Shown: positions 1 through 10,421, counted from the stretch's first letter. The stretch is 64,000 nt of DNA from a virus (IMGVR_UViG_3300028591_000161:1-64000); one strand, 5' to 3'. Notes: generated by a model from the sequence alone, not told the origin. Numbers and translations are program-made.

Positions 1-2096
1 ATTGCAGTACCAGCTGCGTTCAGCTTGTAGACCTTGTTCTGATAATTGGTGGTCCAAGCAGAAGTCCAGTCAGCCGGCTGAGAACCGATCACAGTGTAAC
101 CCTCAGTCGGACCCGGCGTCGGAGTCGGGGTCGGGGTCTCTCCACCAGATACCAGACCAGCGTTGGAATCCGGCACGCACTCCTTGGTGTGCTTGCAGAT
201 CAGGCGAGCCTGGATACCCTGGATAGCGATGGTCTTGTACTGGCTGGAAGTGGTAACCAGAACAGCCTGACCGCCAGGGTTGTTTGCATCTGCATACGCT
301 GCATTCTCCGGGCTGTTGGTCAGGTGACGAGCAAAGCGGAGGTGCTTGTAGCTGATGTGGAACTTATCCATCGGATAAGCGACGATCTTGTAGAAGTACT
401 CACGAGAAACATCGCCTTCCTGCGCGCCGGTCTGATACGGTTCGATGTTGATATAAGCATCGACACGGTTGGAAGCAACGACACGAATCGGAATGTCGGT
501 ATCAGTCATGACACCGAAAGCGTGGTTCATCATGACGCCGCCGATTTCGGTAGACTTCTTGACAGTCCAGGTGACGAACTTCTGCAGCAGACGTGCTGCC
601 TTCGGGTTTGCATAGATAACGAAGCCGAGGTTGTCCAGCTTACCACGATCACACAGCTCATAGATCAGAGATGCGAGACCATTGTGGATAGCATTGGTTC
701 TGTACTCCCACGGATCACCAGCAAAGTTTGGCGAGATCGCGGTAGGCATCAGATCGACATACTCGGTTGCAGTATAGGACTCGAGACTCCAGATGTCGGA
801 ATCATATCCGTCATACTTGTCGAACTCTTCATCCAGGAACTGCAGGATGTACTCATCCTCGAACATCTCCTGTGCAGTAACAAGCTCCTGAACGAGTCTG
901 TTGTACAGGTTGAAGTTCAGAGAGGAGTTTGCTTCAGCAAAGTCTTCCACGGTGAACGGAAGCTGGAAGCGAACGCCGTCAGAGATCTGGAACTTACGGA
1001 TTTCCGGATACTCGCGGAAGCCGATGGTTCTCAGGTTGGTCTCGTTGGAAACGTGACCGTTGACATAGATACCAGTAATGGTACCGCAGGAAGTAGCAGT
1101 GATCGTACCCTTGATGAAGTCGATAACACCAGAGAGACGATCTGCAACACCAGTGACAGTCTCACCAGTTGCCTTGCCGTCAGCGCCGATAACCGGAAGC
1201 TTCATGTCCTCGGTGATACCACCGTTCAGGAACACACCACCGGTCTGGATATCGATCTGGATACCACCGTGCGGAAGCTTAACCTTCTTGCCGTCGATCT
1301 GAACGTACTGAATACCGAAGTCATATGACATACGGGTACGGATCGTTCTCTTATCTGCCGGCAGAACATATGCATCGCCGTTGTCATCAAGCAGCCAGTC
1401 GAACAGAGAATACTTCTTGTTCGGAGCAGCCTGAATCGTAGCGAGAGTCAGAACGTCCTTATCATTGAGACGCAGACCCTTACCAGCGTTCCACAGCTTC
1501 TTCCACAGAGGCTGGCCGTCTTCATCCTTCTGGAAGTAGATTGCCGGGGTCTCATACTCTTCACCAGTCTGGTTGTTGACCAGGTACTTGATGAAGATAC
1601 GCTGCTCGATGTTCACCGAGGAAGCGGTCTGAACCGGAATCAGATCCTTACCGAGAAAGCGGATGTACTGCTTGATCAGAGCCGGGAAGTCCAGAGTGGA
1701 CAGCGGCAGATAGTTTGCGACATTATAAGACTCCTGAACCATGAAAGACTTCACAGAAGTATCCCATGCTTCGCTGAGCTGCTCAGCAACACACTCGAGG
1801 TGATATTTCTCAGCAGGGTCTTTGGTGTCATCAGCTGCTTTCTGCAGATCTTCCAGGATTGGCTCAAACATGAGAGTCTTATACTCCTGCATGACTTCCG
1901 GAGAATCGAGCATACGCTTGACATCCTTCATGACGTCAGTGCTCATCGTGCTCTTCATGGTGCCACAGACATCTTCGAAATGGTTATCGAATCCGTCGCG
2001 AAGGCCACGAAGTTCGGTTTCACTTGCGCTGTTGACCAGGCTAGTCTGTTCCTGGAACCATGAATTGTGGGTACCAGCATTACGACTGAATGCCAT
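1..2096 (-). CDS. Major capsid protein (jumbo-phage type), runs off the left edge; C-terminal Thr/Pro linker plus extra domain
   Basis: I translated the frame manually from ATG 2096 (RBS AAAGGAGTG); it is open to position 1 (>=698 codons) and absent from the ORF track because it has no stop. Strong high-expression codon bias, a putative maturation site FMVQE|SYNVANYLPL at E122, and position next to scaffold-like and protease genes support the call. Confidence 0.78.
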   Translation of the reverse strand, partial: MAFSRNAGTHNSWFQEQTSLVNSASETELRGLRDGFDNHFEDVCGTMKSTMSTDVMKDVKRMLDSPEVMQEYKTLMFEPILEDLQKAADDTKDPAEKYHLECVAEQLSEAWDTSVKSFMVQESYNVANYLPLSTLDFPALIKQYIRFLGKDLIPVQTASSVNIEQRIFIKYLVNNQTGEEYETPAIYFQKDEDGQPLWKKLWNAGKGLRLNDKDVLTLATIQAAPNKKYSLFDWLLDDNGDAYVLPADKRTIRTRMSYDFGIQYVQIDGKKVKLPHGGIQIDIQTGGVFLNGGITEDMKLPVIGADGKATGETVTGVADRLSGVIDFIKGTITATSCGTITGIYVNGHVSNETNLRTIGFREYPEIRKFQISDGVRFQLPFTVEDFAEANSSLNFNLYNRLVQELVTAQEMFEDEYILQFLDEEFDKYDGYDSDIWSLESYTATEYVDLMPTAISPNFAGDPWEYRTNAIHNGLASLIYELCDRGKLDNLGFVIYANPKAARLLQKFVTWTVKKSTEIGGVMMNHAFGVMTDTDIPIRVVASNRVDAYINIEPYQTGAQEGDVSREYFYKIVAYPMDKFHISYKHLRFARHLTNSPENAAYADANNPGGQAVLVTTSSQYKTIAIQGIQARLICKHTKECVPDSNAGLVSGGETPTPTPTPGPTEGYTVIGSQPADWTSAWTTNYQNKVYKLNAAGTA

Positions 2097-2148
2097 ATTA
2101 AAACACTCCTTTTTTATTATTTATTGATGCTTTGCATCGTGTGTAAAC

Positions 2149-2742
2149 CTATTCAGAATCGTTCTGAAACTTCTTCAACACCGAATCGATTTCATTCTGA
2201 AGCAAGGTGTACAACGTAACGAGTTTCTGATATTGCATCAGATTCTCACCGTACGACATATTCACGAACTTGTTCAAAACATAGTCCTTTGAATAATCAA
2301 ACGCACGGTTCAATCGGTTGATTGATTTGTCGATCTGATCGACAGTCTCACACGGAAGGGCTGGAATAATAGCCTGGATGTTTTGAATCAGAGTATCCAT
2401 ATTGTCGTTGGTGATCAACCATTGCTGATACAGATTCTGATTCAGAATATCATCAGATTTCTGTGCCAGTTGCTGACTCTCCATATCGCCATTCTGGTTT
2501 TCTTGATTCTCATCCTGGTTTTCCATGTCACCTCCGGTTTCATCGAAGCCTAAATCTTCCATTCCACCACCTGGGTCTGGTGGAAGATCAGCAGCTCCCA
2601 TGTCAGCCGGTGGTTGTTCGTTAGTTTGACCTTGCTGATCTGAAACTTCCGCCTGAGGCTCTTCCGATGGTGTAAACGGTTCGAGCAGATCTCCATCAGC
2701 TTCCATAACAATATCGAACAAGCTCTTTTCCATTCTGAACAA
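2149..2742 (-). CDS. Acidic head/scaffold-like protein
   Basis: 197-aa ORF with RBS GAGGTG and a D/E/Q-rich disordered N-half followed by a helical C-half. It lies directly upstream of the MCP and carries an N-terminal IVME|AD motif. Confidence 0.55.
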   Translation of the reverse strand: MFRMEKSLFDIVMEADGDLLEPFTPSEEPQAEVSDQQGQTNEQPPADMGAADLPPDPGGGMEDLGFDETGGDMENQDENQENQNGDMESQQLAQKSDDILNQNLYQQWLITNDNMDTLIQNIQAIIPALPCETVDQIDKSINRLNRAFDYSKDYVLNKFVNMSYGENLMQYQKLVTLYTLLQNEIDSVLKKFQNDSE

Positions 2743-2754
2743 TCACCTCTTTCA

Positions 2755-5700
2755 TTAGTAAACCGACTTCGGATTCGCGAATCGTTGTTTATGCGCACTC
2801 GTGGACATATCAACGAGCTTTTGACGCATACGCATCAATCTGTACAGCTCTTGACGATCCTCAGCAGATTGCTTTGATCCCCATCTTCCACCATGCTTCA
2901 GTTCTTCGATCTTTTCATCTACAATCTGAATCTCAGTGTTGATTTCACTTTCAGCTTCCTTACGAAGTCTATCACGATCAAGCGCTTTTGCACCTTCAGC
3001 AGCGAGGTCTAATGCCCCGAGCCATGGTGAGACCGAGAAGAACAATGCGAACTTTCCAGTCTTAATTGCCAATCGGGATATCTTGTAAAGAGCAGAGCGA
3101 TACGATGGGTTTTCAACGAGATCAGCCTTGACACGTTCTTCATCTCTCTTGATGAAAGAATCAACCGTTGTTCTCAGCCAATCCTTCGTCCGACGTATCG
3201 GTTTCTTAATCGCTTCACCGGTGTTCTTCACGTATTGTACACCGCGTTTCAGCTTTTGCTGCGCAGGCAGCGTAGCTTTGTCGACATCCATAGCGGCTGT
3301 CAACATATCTCCCTTTGGAGGGTTGCCAGAAACCGATTCTACAATTAGGGGCTCTTCGGAATGTAGAAGTGCGAACACTTCTTGGACGCTCTTTCCATTA
3401 GAAAAAGTATCCGATTCCTTAGAAATTGAAGAAGGTCTGGTATTATCATAATTGTTTGTAGGCTTTGTTTTAGCCCCCGAATTTGTACGTTTATTTTGAG
3501 ACAAATCATTGTTTGTCGTTGTAATATTCGACACGTTACTTTTCTGAGAAAGATCGTTATGTGTCGTGGTATTATGGGCATTCGAGTAGTTGTTGGTGAT
3601 ATTGTATACCACCGAGCCAGGTCCACCATGGTTTGCAGGTTTGATTTGACCCTTGTAATCCGCTCCAAGCATGTCTCCAAGTGAGGTTGCATCAGTTGTT
3701 AACCTCGCATTGATAGAACTTGCTAATTCCTCCGGTTTATTCGCCGGAACATCCGGAGGTAATTGAATGTCAACGATTGACGTATCAATGTCACCTTCCG
3801 AATCCATGCGGTTCTTCATGTAATCCGGCACGGGCATTTCATCATCAATATCATCATCGTCATCCTCGGGTTGTACCCGTTTTTTCTTTGCCTTTTGTTT
3901 TGCTTCTTCTTCGGCCTCTTTTGGTTTATCAGACAGACCGAGTCTGCTCTGAATATATCGTGGCATCTCACCATTCTCCGCGGCTTCCTGCACAATTGCA
4001 GCAATAACACTGTGAGAATTCCCGATCGCTCTGTCGACAGTGATTGCAGACATACCATTATTATACATCGCATCGCCAATGGTTTCGATATCGTCGTAAA
4101 CAGCTCCAGCGAATGATTCGCAATATTGCATATCCGCAATTGAAAGATTTCCAAGTTCTTTCATTGTGGACATAACCGACTCAACGACTTGTGAAGAACC
4201 TTCAATTGTGTTGGTCACATTCTTCCGTGTTTGATACGGATTCGCTGAATGCGAGTTCTGATTGATACGAGCCCGGATTCGTTTGATGAATCCGTCCAGC
4301 GGTTCCTTATCATCACCCATTGCTTTGTACATCAATGAGAGATAGATGTGAGAGTCGAAGATGTTGAACACACTCAACAGTGTGTTGTTTGAAATCACCG
4401 CGTTTGAATTGTTGACAAGATTCAACTTCAAAAAGTCTTCCAGGAATTGGATTGTACCCTCTTTGTCGGTCTTGAATGTAGAGAACAGATCGATTCGTTC
4501 GAATCTTTTCGCTCCACCATTCTTCTTGACAATCGAAAGATACGACTTTGTGTAGTTGGTGAATGCTTCTGATTGATCGACCGGATACTTCCTGGGATTC
4601 GTCAGAACCCGAACCAAGATTGCTGGAACAACCGTGTTCGCAAATACAGCGCCATTGATCTTGATTTTCTGAAGCATCGCCACAAGATCTTCAGTTGTAT
4701 TGCATTCACGAAGCTTCTTGATCAATGTATCAACCGCAGATTCAAATGACTTTGAAACTTTCCATTTACCATTGGAATATTTGATATTCTCGGAACCTGA
4801 CGTGAAATAATCAATCGCAGCAGCTTCTTGTACTGCATCATTGATGATAATCTCACAATCCTGAAGATCACCAAATGATTGGAATCTCTGAATCTCTGTG
4901 TCAGGTTGCATAGTCTCCGGAAGTTTGATCTGGTCATTATCGAAGATGCTGTTGACATAATCAGATGCATCAAACAACTTATAGTCACCAGGCAGTTTCG
5001 CAATTGCATCCAACTCAGGCATTGGAATTGCTGTGGTAAACACAGTAATTGCTTCACGATACTTTGATGGAGTTGTGAACAACTCAAACGAATAGATGCC
5101 GTTCATCAACTGCTCATACTTGTCAAAGTTATTCGTAATATATTGAAGAACCTTGAACCCGATGAACGCATGGAACACATCAGATGCCGCTTTGTTTTCA
5201 CCGGATATGATTTTGACCCATGGATTTGACGGATCTGCTGGGACTTCCTCAACCGCCTCGTTCACGATATCGGTGAAAATTTGCTTGTAACGTTCTGCGA
5301 ATTCTCGTGTCGTAGTTTCAAACTCATCACATGCTGTCTTAATTGGATCAATGTCCTCATGTGTGTAGAACTTCTTTTTGTCATAATTAATCTTTCCAAG
5401 TGTGAATGGATCGATCGTTTCCCAAATGAAGTTCGAGAACTCCCTTGTCTCTTTCGGAATTACAAGGTACAACGCAGTCTTTTTCTCTTCGCACTTCTTC
5501 AGGCAGTCTCCAAGCTGTGCAAGTTCGGCAACAACCTTATCACAATGCGCTTTGAAGTCGAGTTGATCATTATACCAATCATGATCATCATCCTTTGGAC
5601 CATCAAAATTCCAATCAGACTTCATGATTGCGAAATCTTTTGTAGATTCGATCAACTTTGCAACAACCTTGAGCTGTTCAAACATTGCTTTTTCAAATGT

Positions 5701-6099
5701 CTGCTTCTCATATGCTTTCTTGTCCCTGTAATGTCTGACAAGCATACTGGTCAGACTCGATGCTACTCCAACAGCTGCACATGTCGCGATCATTTCAAGC
5801 AATGTAAACTCCTGAACAAATTGAGCACTCTCAGTCTGTACACTTGGTACAGTCTGTTCAGCAGTCACCGCCTGTTTCAATGTATCCAATGCTTGAACAG
5901 CATTGTTCGGATTCTCGATCCAAGATGGTTCAACATTGTTCAACCACGACATAGTTCTTGTCAGAATACGGTCCAATTCAAAATCATTGTTCACGACCGG
6001 AAATGATTTCGTCTTGAAGTTAGATGCAAAGAAGTTGTTCATCGCATCAATTGCAACTTTGATATTGTCAAAGTATGTTTTACTGATAACAATCTGCAT
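2755..6099 (-). CDS. Large internal head (ejection-type) protein
   Basis: Start moved to ATG 6099 (RBS AAAGGAGTG). It has several xVQE/xVES motifs, low-complexity linkers and a C-terminal helical/coiled-coil region, and sits in the head operon. Confidence 0.6.
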   Translation of the reverse strand: MQIVISKTYFDNIKVAIDAMNNFFASNFKTKSFPVVNNDFELDRILTRTMSWLNNVEPSWIENPNNAVQALDTLKQAVTAEQTVPSVQTESAQFVQEFTLLEMIATCAAVGVASSLTSMLVRHYRDKKAYEKQTFEKAMFEQLKVVAKLIESTKDFAIMKSDWNFDGPKDDDHDWYNDQLDFKAHCDKVVAELAQLGDCLKKCEEKKTALYLVIPKETREFSNFIWETIDPFTLGKINYDKKKFYTHEDIDPIKTACDEFETTTREFAERYKQIFTDIVNEAVEEVPADPSNPWVKIISGENKAASDVFHAFIGFKVLQYITNNFDKYEQLMNGIYSFELFTTPSKYREAITVFTTAIPMPELDAIAKLPGDYKLFDASDYVNSIFDNDQIKLPETMQPDTEIQRFQSFGDLQDCEIIINDAVQEAAAIDYFTSGSENIKYSNGKWKVSKSFESAVDTLIKKLRECNTTEDLVAMLQKIKINGAVFANTVVPAILVRVLTNPRKYPVDQSEAFTNYTKSYLSIVKKNGGAKRFERIDLFSTFKTDKEGTIQFLEDFLKLNLVNNSNAVISNNTLLSVFNIFDSHIYLSLMYKAMGDDKEPLDGFIKRIRARINQNSHSANPYQTRKNVTNTIEGSSQVVESVMSTMKELGNLSIADMQYCESFAGAVYDDIETIGDAMYNNGMSAITVDRAIGNSHSVIAAIVQEAAENGEMPRYIQSRLGLSDKPKEAEEEAKQKAKKKRVQPEDDDDDIDDEMPVPDYMKNRMDSEGDIDTSIVDIQLPPDVPANKPEELASSINARLTTDATSLGDMLGADYKGQIKPANHGGPGSVVYNITNNYSNAHNTTTHNDLSQKSNVSNITTTNNDLSQNKRTNSGAKTKPTNNYDNTRPSSISKESDTFSNGKSVQEVFALLHSEEPLIVESVSGNPPKGDMLTAAMDVDKATLPAQQKLKRGVQYVKNTGEAIKKPIRRTKDWLRTTVDSFIKRDEERVKADLVENPSYRSALYKISRLAIKTGKFALFFSVSPWLGALDLAAEGAKALDRDRLRKEAESEINTEIQIVDEKIEELKHGGRWGSKQSAEDRQELYRLMRMRQKLVDMSTSAHKQRFANPKSVY

Positions 6100-6135
6100 C
6101 GTGATAATCACTCCTTTCTATAGTATTTTCATAAA

Positions 6136-7197
6136 TCAAGTTGATATAATTCGAGCTTGATCACGGGCTCCTCTATCATGTTCCCAAGCTTGCCATATCG
6201 TCGTCACATATGCGTTCAGCATCTTGAGGAAACGATTGTATTGACGCAGGATTTTGCCGATCAACTGGGATTCATCTGTCGGTTCTTCAGGCTTTTTGAT
6301 ATTCTGTAATTTCTGAATATTCTCCTGAACGAATGCGATCAGCATGTTACATGCATCGATGTCATCTTTGTTCATCTTCTCGAACTGTTCCATCTTTGCA
6401 ACAAACTCGGAATCCTTGATCTGAATGGAGACTCCGCCATTGTGATACCGTGTCTGCAGATCGCTATATGGACTTTTGAGATGTTTCACCCACTCAGTAA
6501 TTGTGTTCAAATGCTTTTGTAGTGCTGCAACATTATCCGTTCCTGCATCAAAAGCATTTTTCAGTTCCGATTTACAACCGGCAAACCAATCTTTCTCGAG
6601 AAAGACTCGATCAATATCACCAGAAGAATCATGAGCAAACAAAATCGATTGAATCGATTTGTATACGTCTCCAGTCGCAGATCGACGAGTTGGTGCATTA
6701 TTCCGAAGATCGGCAAATGATTGATTGATCTCGTCTTCGGTTGTGTCTTTGGGAATTTCCTTAGTCTTATCGGTTTTGGGTTGTTCCACAGGTGGTGTTT
6801 CTTGTGTTGCCGGTGAAGTCGTCGATACCTGTTGAATATCTCGTTTCATCTCAGCGACATCAGCTTCCATCCGCTGTGTAATTTTCTTATTTTTCACGAA
6901 AAGCTTTTTACACAACCGAATGATTGCTGCAATCAAACGTGGGATAATCATCGCAATCCGCTTACCAACACTCTCGCCTTCATTGCCAAGGATCGGAGCG
7001 TTTGTGTCTTCCTTGAACTTATCCCACTTTTCACCTTCCTGGAAAATCGCAAATGCACTGATATCATCACCAGTATAACTTTCGAGAATCATGAGTGATT
7101 TCTCGTATGAGTCAATCAACGATTCGATCACACTGATTTCTGCATCGATTGTAGCCACGTCAACATCGTCAACGTATTTCAATAACTCGTCATACAT
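6136..7197 (-). CDS. Internal head protein, paralog A (shares N-terminal ~115 aa with 18408..19904)
   Basis: The N-terminal sequence aligns directly with the paralog (…VIESLI.SY.KS…SAF.IFQEGE.WDKFKEDT.AP…MIIPRLI…). RBS AAGGAGTG. Confidence 0.65.
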   Translation of the reverse strand: MYDELLKYVDDVDVATIDAEISVIESLIDSYEKSLMILESYTGDDISAFAIFQEGEKWDKFKEDTNAPILGNEGESVGKRIAMIIPRLIAAIIRLCKKLFVKNKKITQRMEADVAEMKRDIQQVSTTSPATQETPPVEQPKTDKTKEIPKDTTEDEINQSFADLRNNAPTRRSATGDVYKSIQSILFAHDSSGDIDRVFLEKDWFAGCKSELKNAFDAGTDNVAALQKHLNTITEWVKHLKSPYSDLQTRYHNGGVSIQIKDSEFVAKMEQFEKMNKDDIDACNMLIAFVQENIQKLQNIKKPEEPTDESQLIGKILRQYNRFLKMLNAYVTTIWQAWEHDRGARDQARIIST

Positions 7198-7212
7198 GAA
7201 TCAACACTCCTT

Positions 7213-7701
7213 TCATGAATAAGAATCGATGTATTTGATTCGGGTATACATCCGACCCAATTGATTATATGTGATGCCAATAACAACAGATGGCATATTC
7301 GTGTGATATGTCAAACGTTCCGTACCAGAGACTCTGATAATCATCGCCGGATATCCATCCGAAGTCATGTCAGTTGTCACATCAACCGTGATCCCGACAT
7401 ATCCCAAAACGTTCAGCTGGTTATCCAATTTGCTTTTGATCGTATTCGGGATTGTTTCATCGTCGTTATACTCGTGCAGATATTGCTCAATATCGATCCC
7501 CAATTCGGGGATCGAAGGAAATTGTCCAGGTTTCATTTTCAACAACATCAGAATTGCATTTACACACATCTGAAATGTTGATATCACCTTAGGTTTGTTC
7601 ATTTCATCCGTATCAAGCAATACATCATATCCGAGGGTCTGTAAAACCCTCGGATACTTATGATCAACCTCTGCAAGATAAATGCCTTTTGGATCCAGCA
7701 T
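7213..7701 (-). CDS. Baseplate wedge subunit, T4 gp25-like
   Basis: Contains the GQFPSIPELGIDIEQYL motif typical of the gp25/GPW family and is about 160 aa. Start at 7701 after RBS GAGGTG. Confidence 0.65.
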   Translation of the reverse strand: MLDPKGIYLAEVDHKYPRVLQTLGYDVLLDTDEMNKPKVISTFQMCVNAILMLLKMKPGQFPSIPELGIDIEQYLHEYNDDETIPNTIKSKLDNQLNVLGYVGITVDVTTDMTSDGYPAMIIRVSGTERLTYHTNMPSVVIGITYNQLGRMYTRIKYIDSYS

Positions 7702-7720
7702 ATGTCTCACCTCGATCGAA

Positions 7721-8605
7721 TTATTTGCCGTAGTTCTTCAGGATGTCCAGAGCTTCGCGACGAATCTCTCCACGAAGCGGAATACGCATTTTGCAACCAT
7801 CAGCCTGTTCGATGCAGATAGATTCGTTTTGCATACCCATGATCTCTGACGGAGAAATCTGGAAAGACTCGCAGATAGCCCTCATATCTTCAGACTCTTC
7901 AGCACAATATTTGCCGAGTTCCTTCAGGAATATGACATAACCTTCATCGGGAGGTGTCACAATCGCACTTTCCTGATGAATGATTGGTGAAATATCACCG
8001 TCAGCACCTTCATGAGATGGATAGTCGACCATGTCATATGTAATGACTTTCGTGACACGCATGTTCGGTGCATTATATGGTGCATTCGGAATCATTGTAC
8101 CGAGCAGTCTGACAGAGAATGACGGAACCATGCCGAGATCAATGATCTCTTCAGCAACCTGTTGTCCACAAGCACACCCCGGATCAGTGGTGATGATCGC
8201 TTTGTACTTGTCACCTTCGCGGCGATTATGGCGGAGCATATGGGAACACCGTGTTGGTTCCGGGATTGTCATACGGATGTCAGTAAGCTGTTGACCCCGA
8301 ATATCGGGATTCGGATGATTGAGTTCTCCACGCCAGTCATTCTTACGTTTCAGCTCGGAGATACGTTCATCATTGTCGACAACGCCGCAATAGTTGATTG
8401 GATCATACCGACGCTTCATCCGGTTATAGCATCCAAATGTTTGTACAGTTGCATCAAACTCAACATATGCATGTCCATTGACAGAACGAAACTGTTTGAA
8501 GCCGCGCGGGTTTGTCTTGTAACTCTCCAAGCCACATTCGACAGGAGCTTCCTGAACAAAGCACGCGGTTTCGTATTTGTTTGTCTGTGTACTCTTCAAT
8601 GGCAT
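7721..8605 (-). CDS. Prohead core protease, T4 gp21-like (Ser/His)
   Basis: Motifs NRMKRRY, GELNHP (catalytic His), PSFSVRLLG (catalytic Ser) and YDMVDYPSH match the gp21/U9 pattern. Confidence 0.85.
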   Translation of the reverse strand: MPLKSTQTNKYETACFVQEAPVECGLESYKTNPRGFKQFRSVNGHAYVEFDATVQTFGCYNRMKRRYDPINYCGVVDNDERISELKRKNDWRGELNHPNPDIRGQQLTDIRMTIPEPTRCSHMLRHNRREGDKYKAIITTDPGCACGQQVAEEIIDLGMVPSFSVRLLGTMIPNAPYNAPNMRVTKVITYDMVDYPSHEGADGDISPIIHQESAIVTPPDEGYVIFLKELGKYCAEESEDMRAICESFQISPSEIMGMQNESICIEQADGCKMRIPLRGEIRREALDILKNYGK

Positions 8606-8618
8606 ATTCTTAACCTCC

Positions 8619-9881
8619 TTAATCAGTATTATTCAGCAGCTTATCGACGACATCATTTACACGTTGCATGATGTATGTTGCAACAAAACAGATGTATGCT
8701 TTGACAAGAGTGTCATTCGGTTCCTTGTATACACGGCACATTGGCAGAATGACAGGTTTGCCTGGGATCGCTCTGTCGATTGCTGTTGGGAATTTGGTGA
8801 TGCGCGCGATGTATTTCGATGAATTGATGTCCGTCAACTTGTTCTCTTCTTTTGTGATAAACACAAACAGAATCAAATCAATAATGTTTGAGATATCTTT
8901 CTTCGAAACTTTTTGAGCAAAATTGAACAACTGCTCAGGTTGTTTGATCGCTTTCAAATTTGCGATCGCTTTGTAAGTCGAATTCATCTTATGATACAGA
9001 TCATCACCATTATTGATCAAACGCATCAAGTTCGTACGAATCTTCGTAAGCTCGAGCGTTTCGATCGTTGTGCTATCATCTGTATCTTCAGATACCGAAT
9101 TACCAGCATCTTTGTCGGCGTAATATCGATTCGCCAACGTTCTCATATTCTGACGGAACGTGTTCCGAACACGGTTCAACATGTCCGCAAGAATCTGAGG
9201 AGTCAAACCAAGACCGATCTTGGTTCGGTAGAATGCATAACATGTCTCAATCGATTCACCGATCCATGTTACCATGTTTTCGTCTTTGACGATATTCCAT
9301 GATCGATCAAGATGCATGTATGTGTATTCCATAATAGACGGGATTGGAGGCGTTGGAAATGACATTCTGAATGACATGTCGTATGATGTCAGTCCATATT
9401 GCTGACGAGCGGAATCACGCAAACGATTCCGCCCATCTTTCATATCAATTGCTGGAGAATCCGCATCATGATGTGTAATTGCATCGGAATAAATCAGAGC
9501 CATTACATGAATGATATTTGTCGGATATGCGACAATTGAATTCCAGTCGGAAGAATTGATATACTTCTGAAGAATTTCTTTGATGAGTTTCTGCATATCG
9601 GATTTTGTGAAACCGAACAACGCCAACACATCATCGACGTATTTTCTGGGAAAGATGACCTTTGATGTCGGATACTGTTTTGCCAACATTTCCGCATTCA
9701 GATCAATAAACTCATTTCCCAAATCCAAATACTTTTTCAATCCGGATTTTGTCTTCAGAACATTGATGACTGGATCCAGCAGTTTCTCTTGGACTTCAAT
9801 ACGACCGGCATCATTGAATGCTTCCTGTACCATATGGAATGCTTCTTCTTCCGTCAAGAAAGGTTGCTCCATGATAAACAT
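8619..9881 (-). CDS. Conserved-looking hypothetical protein, probably virion-associated
   Basis: 420-aa helical ORF with RBS AAGGAAGG and an N-terminal MVQE|AF motif. It is co-oriented with the protease and the RNAP beta C-terminal piece. Confidence 0.55.
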   Translation of the reverse strand: MFIMEQPFLTEEEAFHMVQEAFNDAGRIEVQEKLLDPVINVLKTKSGLKKYLDLGNEFIDLNAEMLAKQYPTSKVIFPRKYVDDVLALFGFTKSDMQKLIKEILQKYINSSDWNSIVAYPTNIIHVMALIYSDAITHHDADSPAIDMKDGRNRLRDSARQQYGLTSYDMSFRMSFPTPPIPSIMEYTYMHLDRSWNIVKDENMVTWIGESIETCYAFYRTKIGLGLTPQILADMLNRVRNTFRQNMRTLANRYYADKDAGNSVSEDTDDSTTIETLELTKIRTNLMRLINNGDDLYHKMNSTYKAIANLKAIKQPEQLFNFAQKVSKKDISNIIDLILFVFITKEENKLTDINSSKYIARITKFPTAIDRAIPGKPVILPMCRVYKEPNDTLVKAYICFVATYIMQRVNDVVDKLLNNTD

Positions 9882-9899
9882 ACAGGATCCTTCCTTTCA

Positions 9900-10421
9900 T
9901 CAACGATGTCTGTTCTTCTTCTTTCCGCCGTTGTAATGCGGCTTCTCATCCTTTTCAGCAGAATCAGCTTCATCAGCGATCTCGGTGATCTCAGCAACTT
10001 CCTCAGCCGGCTCTTCGATTGCAGGTGCTTCCACTTCCTCAGTGAAAACAGGTGCCTCTTCGACCGGAACCTCAACGATTTCCTCAGCAACAGGCGTTTC
10101 GTCGATGGCAGGCTCTTCAACCTTTTCTTCGACGACGACTTCCGGTGCAGTATATGGCTTGGGTTCAACAATTTCAGCCTTAGGAGCTACAACCGGAGTT
10201 GTGGGAACAGCAGTCTTCTTTGCTTCAGCAGCCTTGGTAGCTTCAGCCTTCTTTTTGTCAAAGTAAGCCGGTGTCAAAAGTTCACCGGTAGAAGCGAGAT
10301 ATACCTTGCAATTGCGGAAGTTGAACAGACGGCGAACAGACATTTCACCCAGCTCAATGTTTCTTTGAGGGAGGAGTCCAACGCCCTGTACAAATCCACG
10401 TCCGAGTACATTAACTTTCAT
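9900..10421 (-). CDS. Hypothetical protein with small N-terminal domain and Ala/Glu/Pro-rich tail
   Basis: 173-aa ORF with RBS AAGGATG and a low-complexity acidic linker ending in a basic tip. Confidence 0.65.
   Translation of the reverse strand: MKVNVLGRGFVQGVGLLPQRNIELGEMSVRRLFNFRNCKVYLASTGELLTPAYFDKKKAEATKAAEAKKTAVPTTPVVAPKAEIVEPKPYTAPEVVVEEKVEEPAIDETPVAEEIVEVPVEEAPVFTEEVEAPAIEEPAEEVAEITEIADEADSAEKDEKPHYNGGKKKNRHR

Noticed and set aside
189-1328. 379-aa plus-strand ORF
   Set aside because: It is the antisense shadow of the codon-biased minus-strand capsid gene, has no RBS, and has a typical shadow composition.
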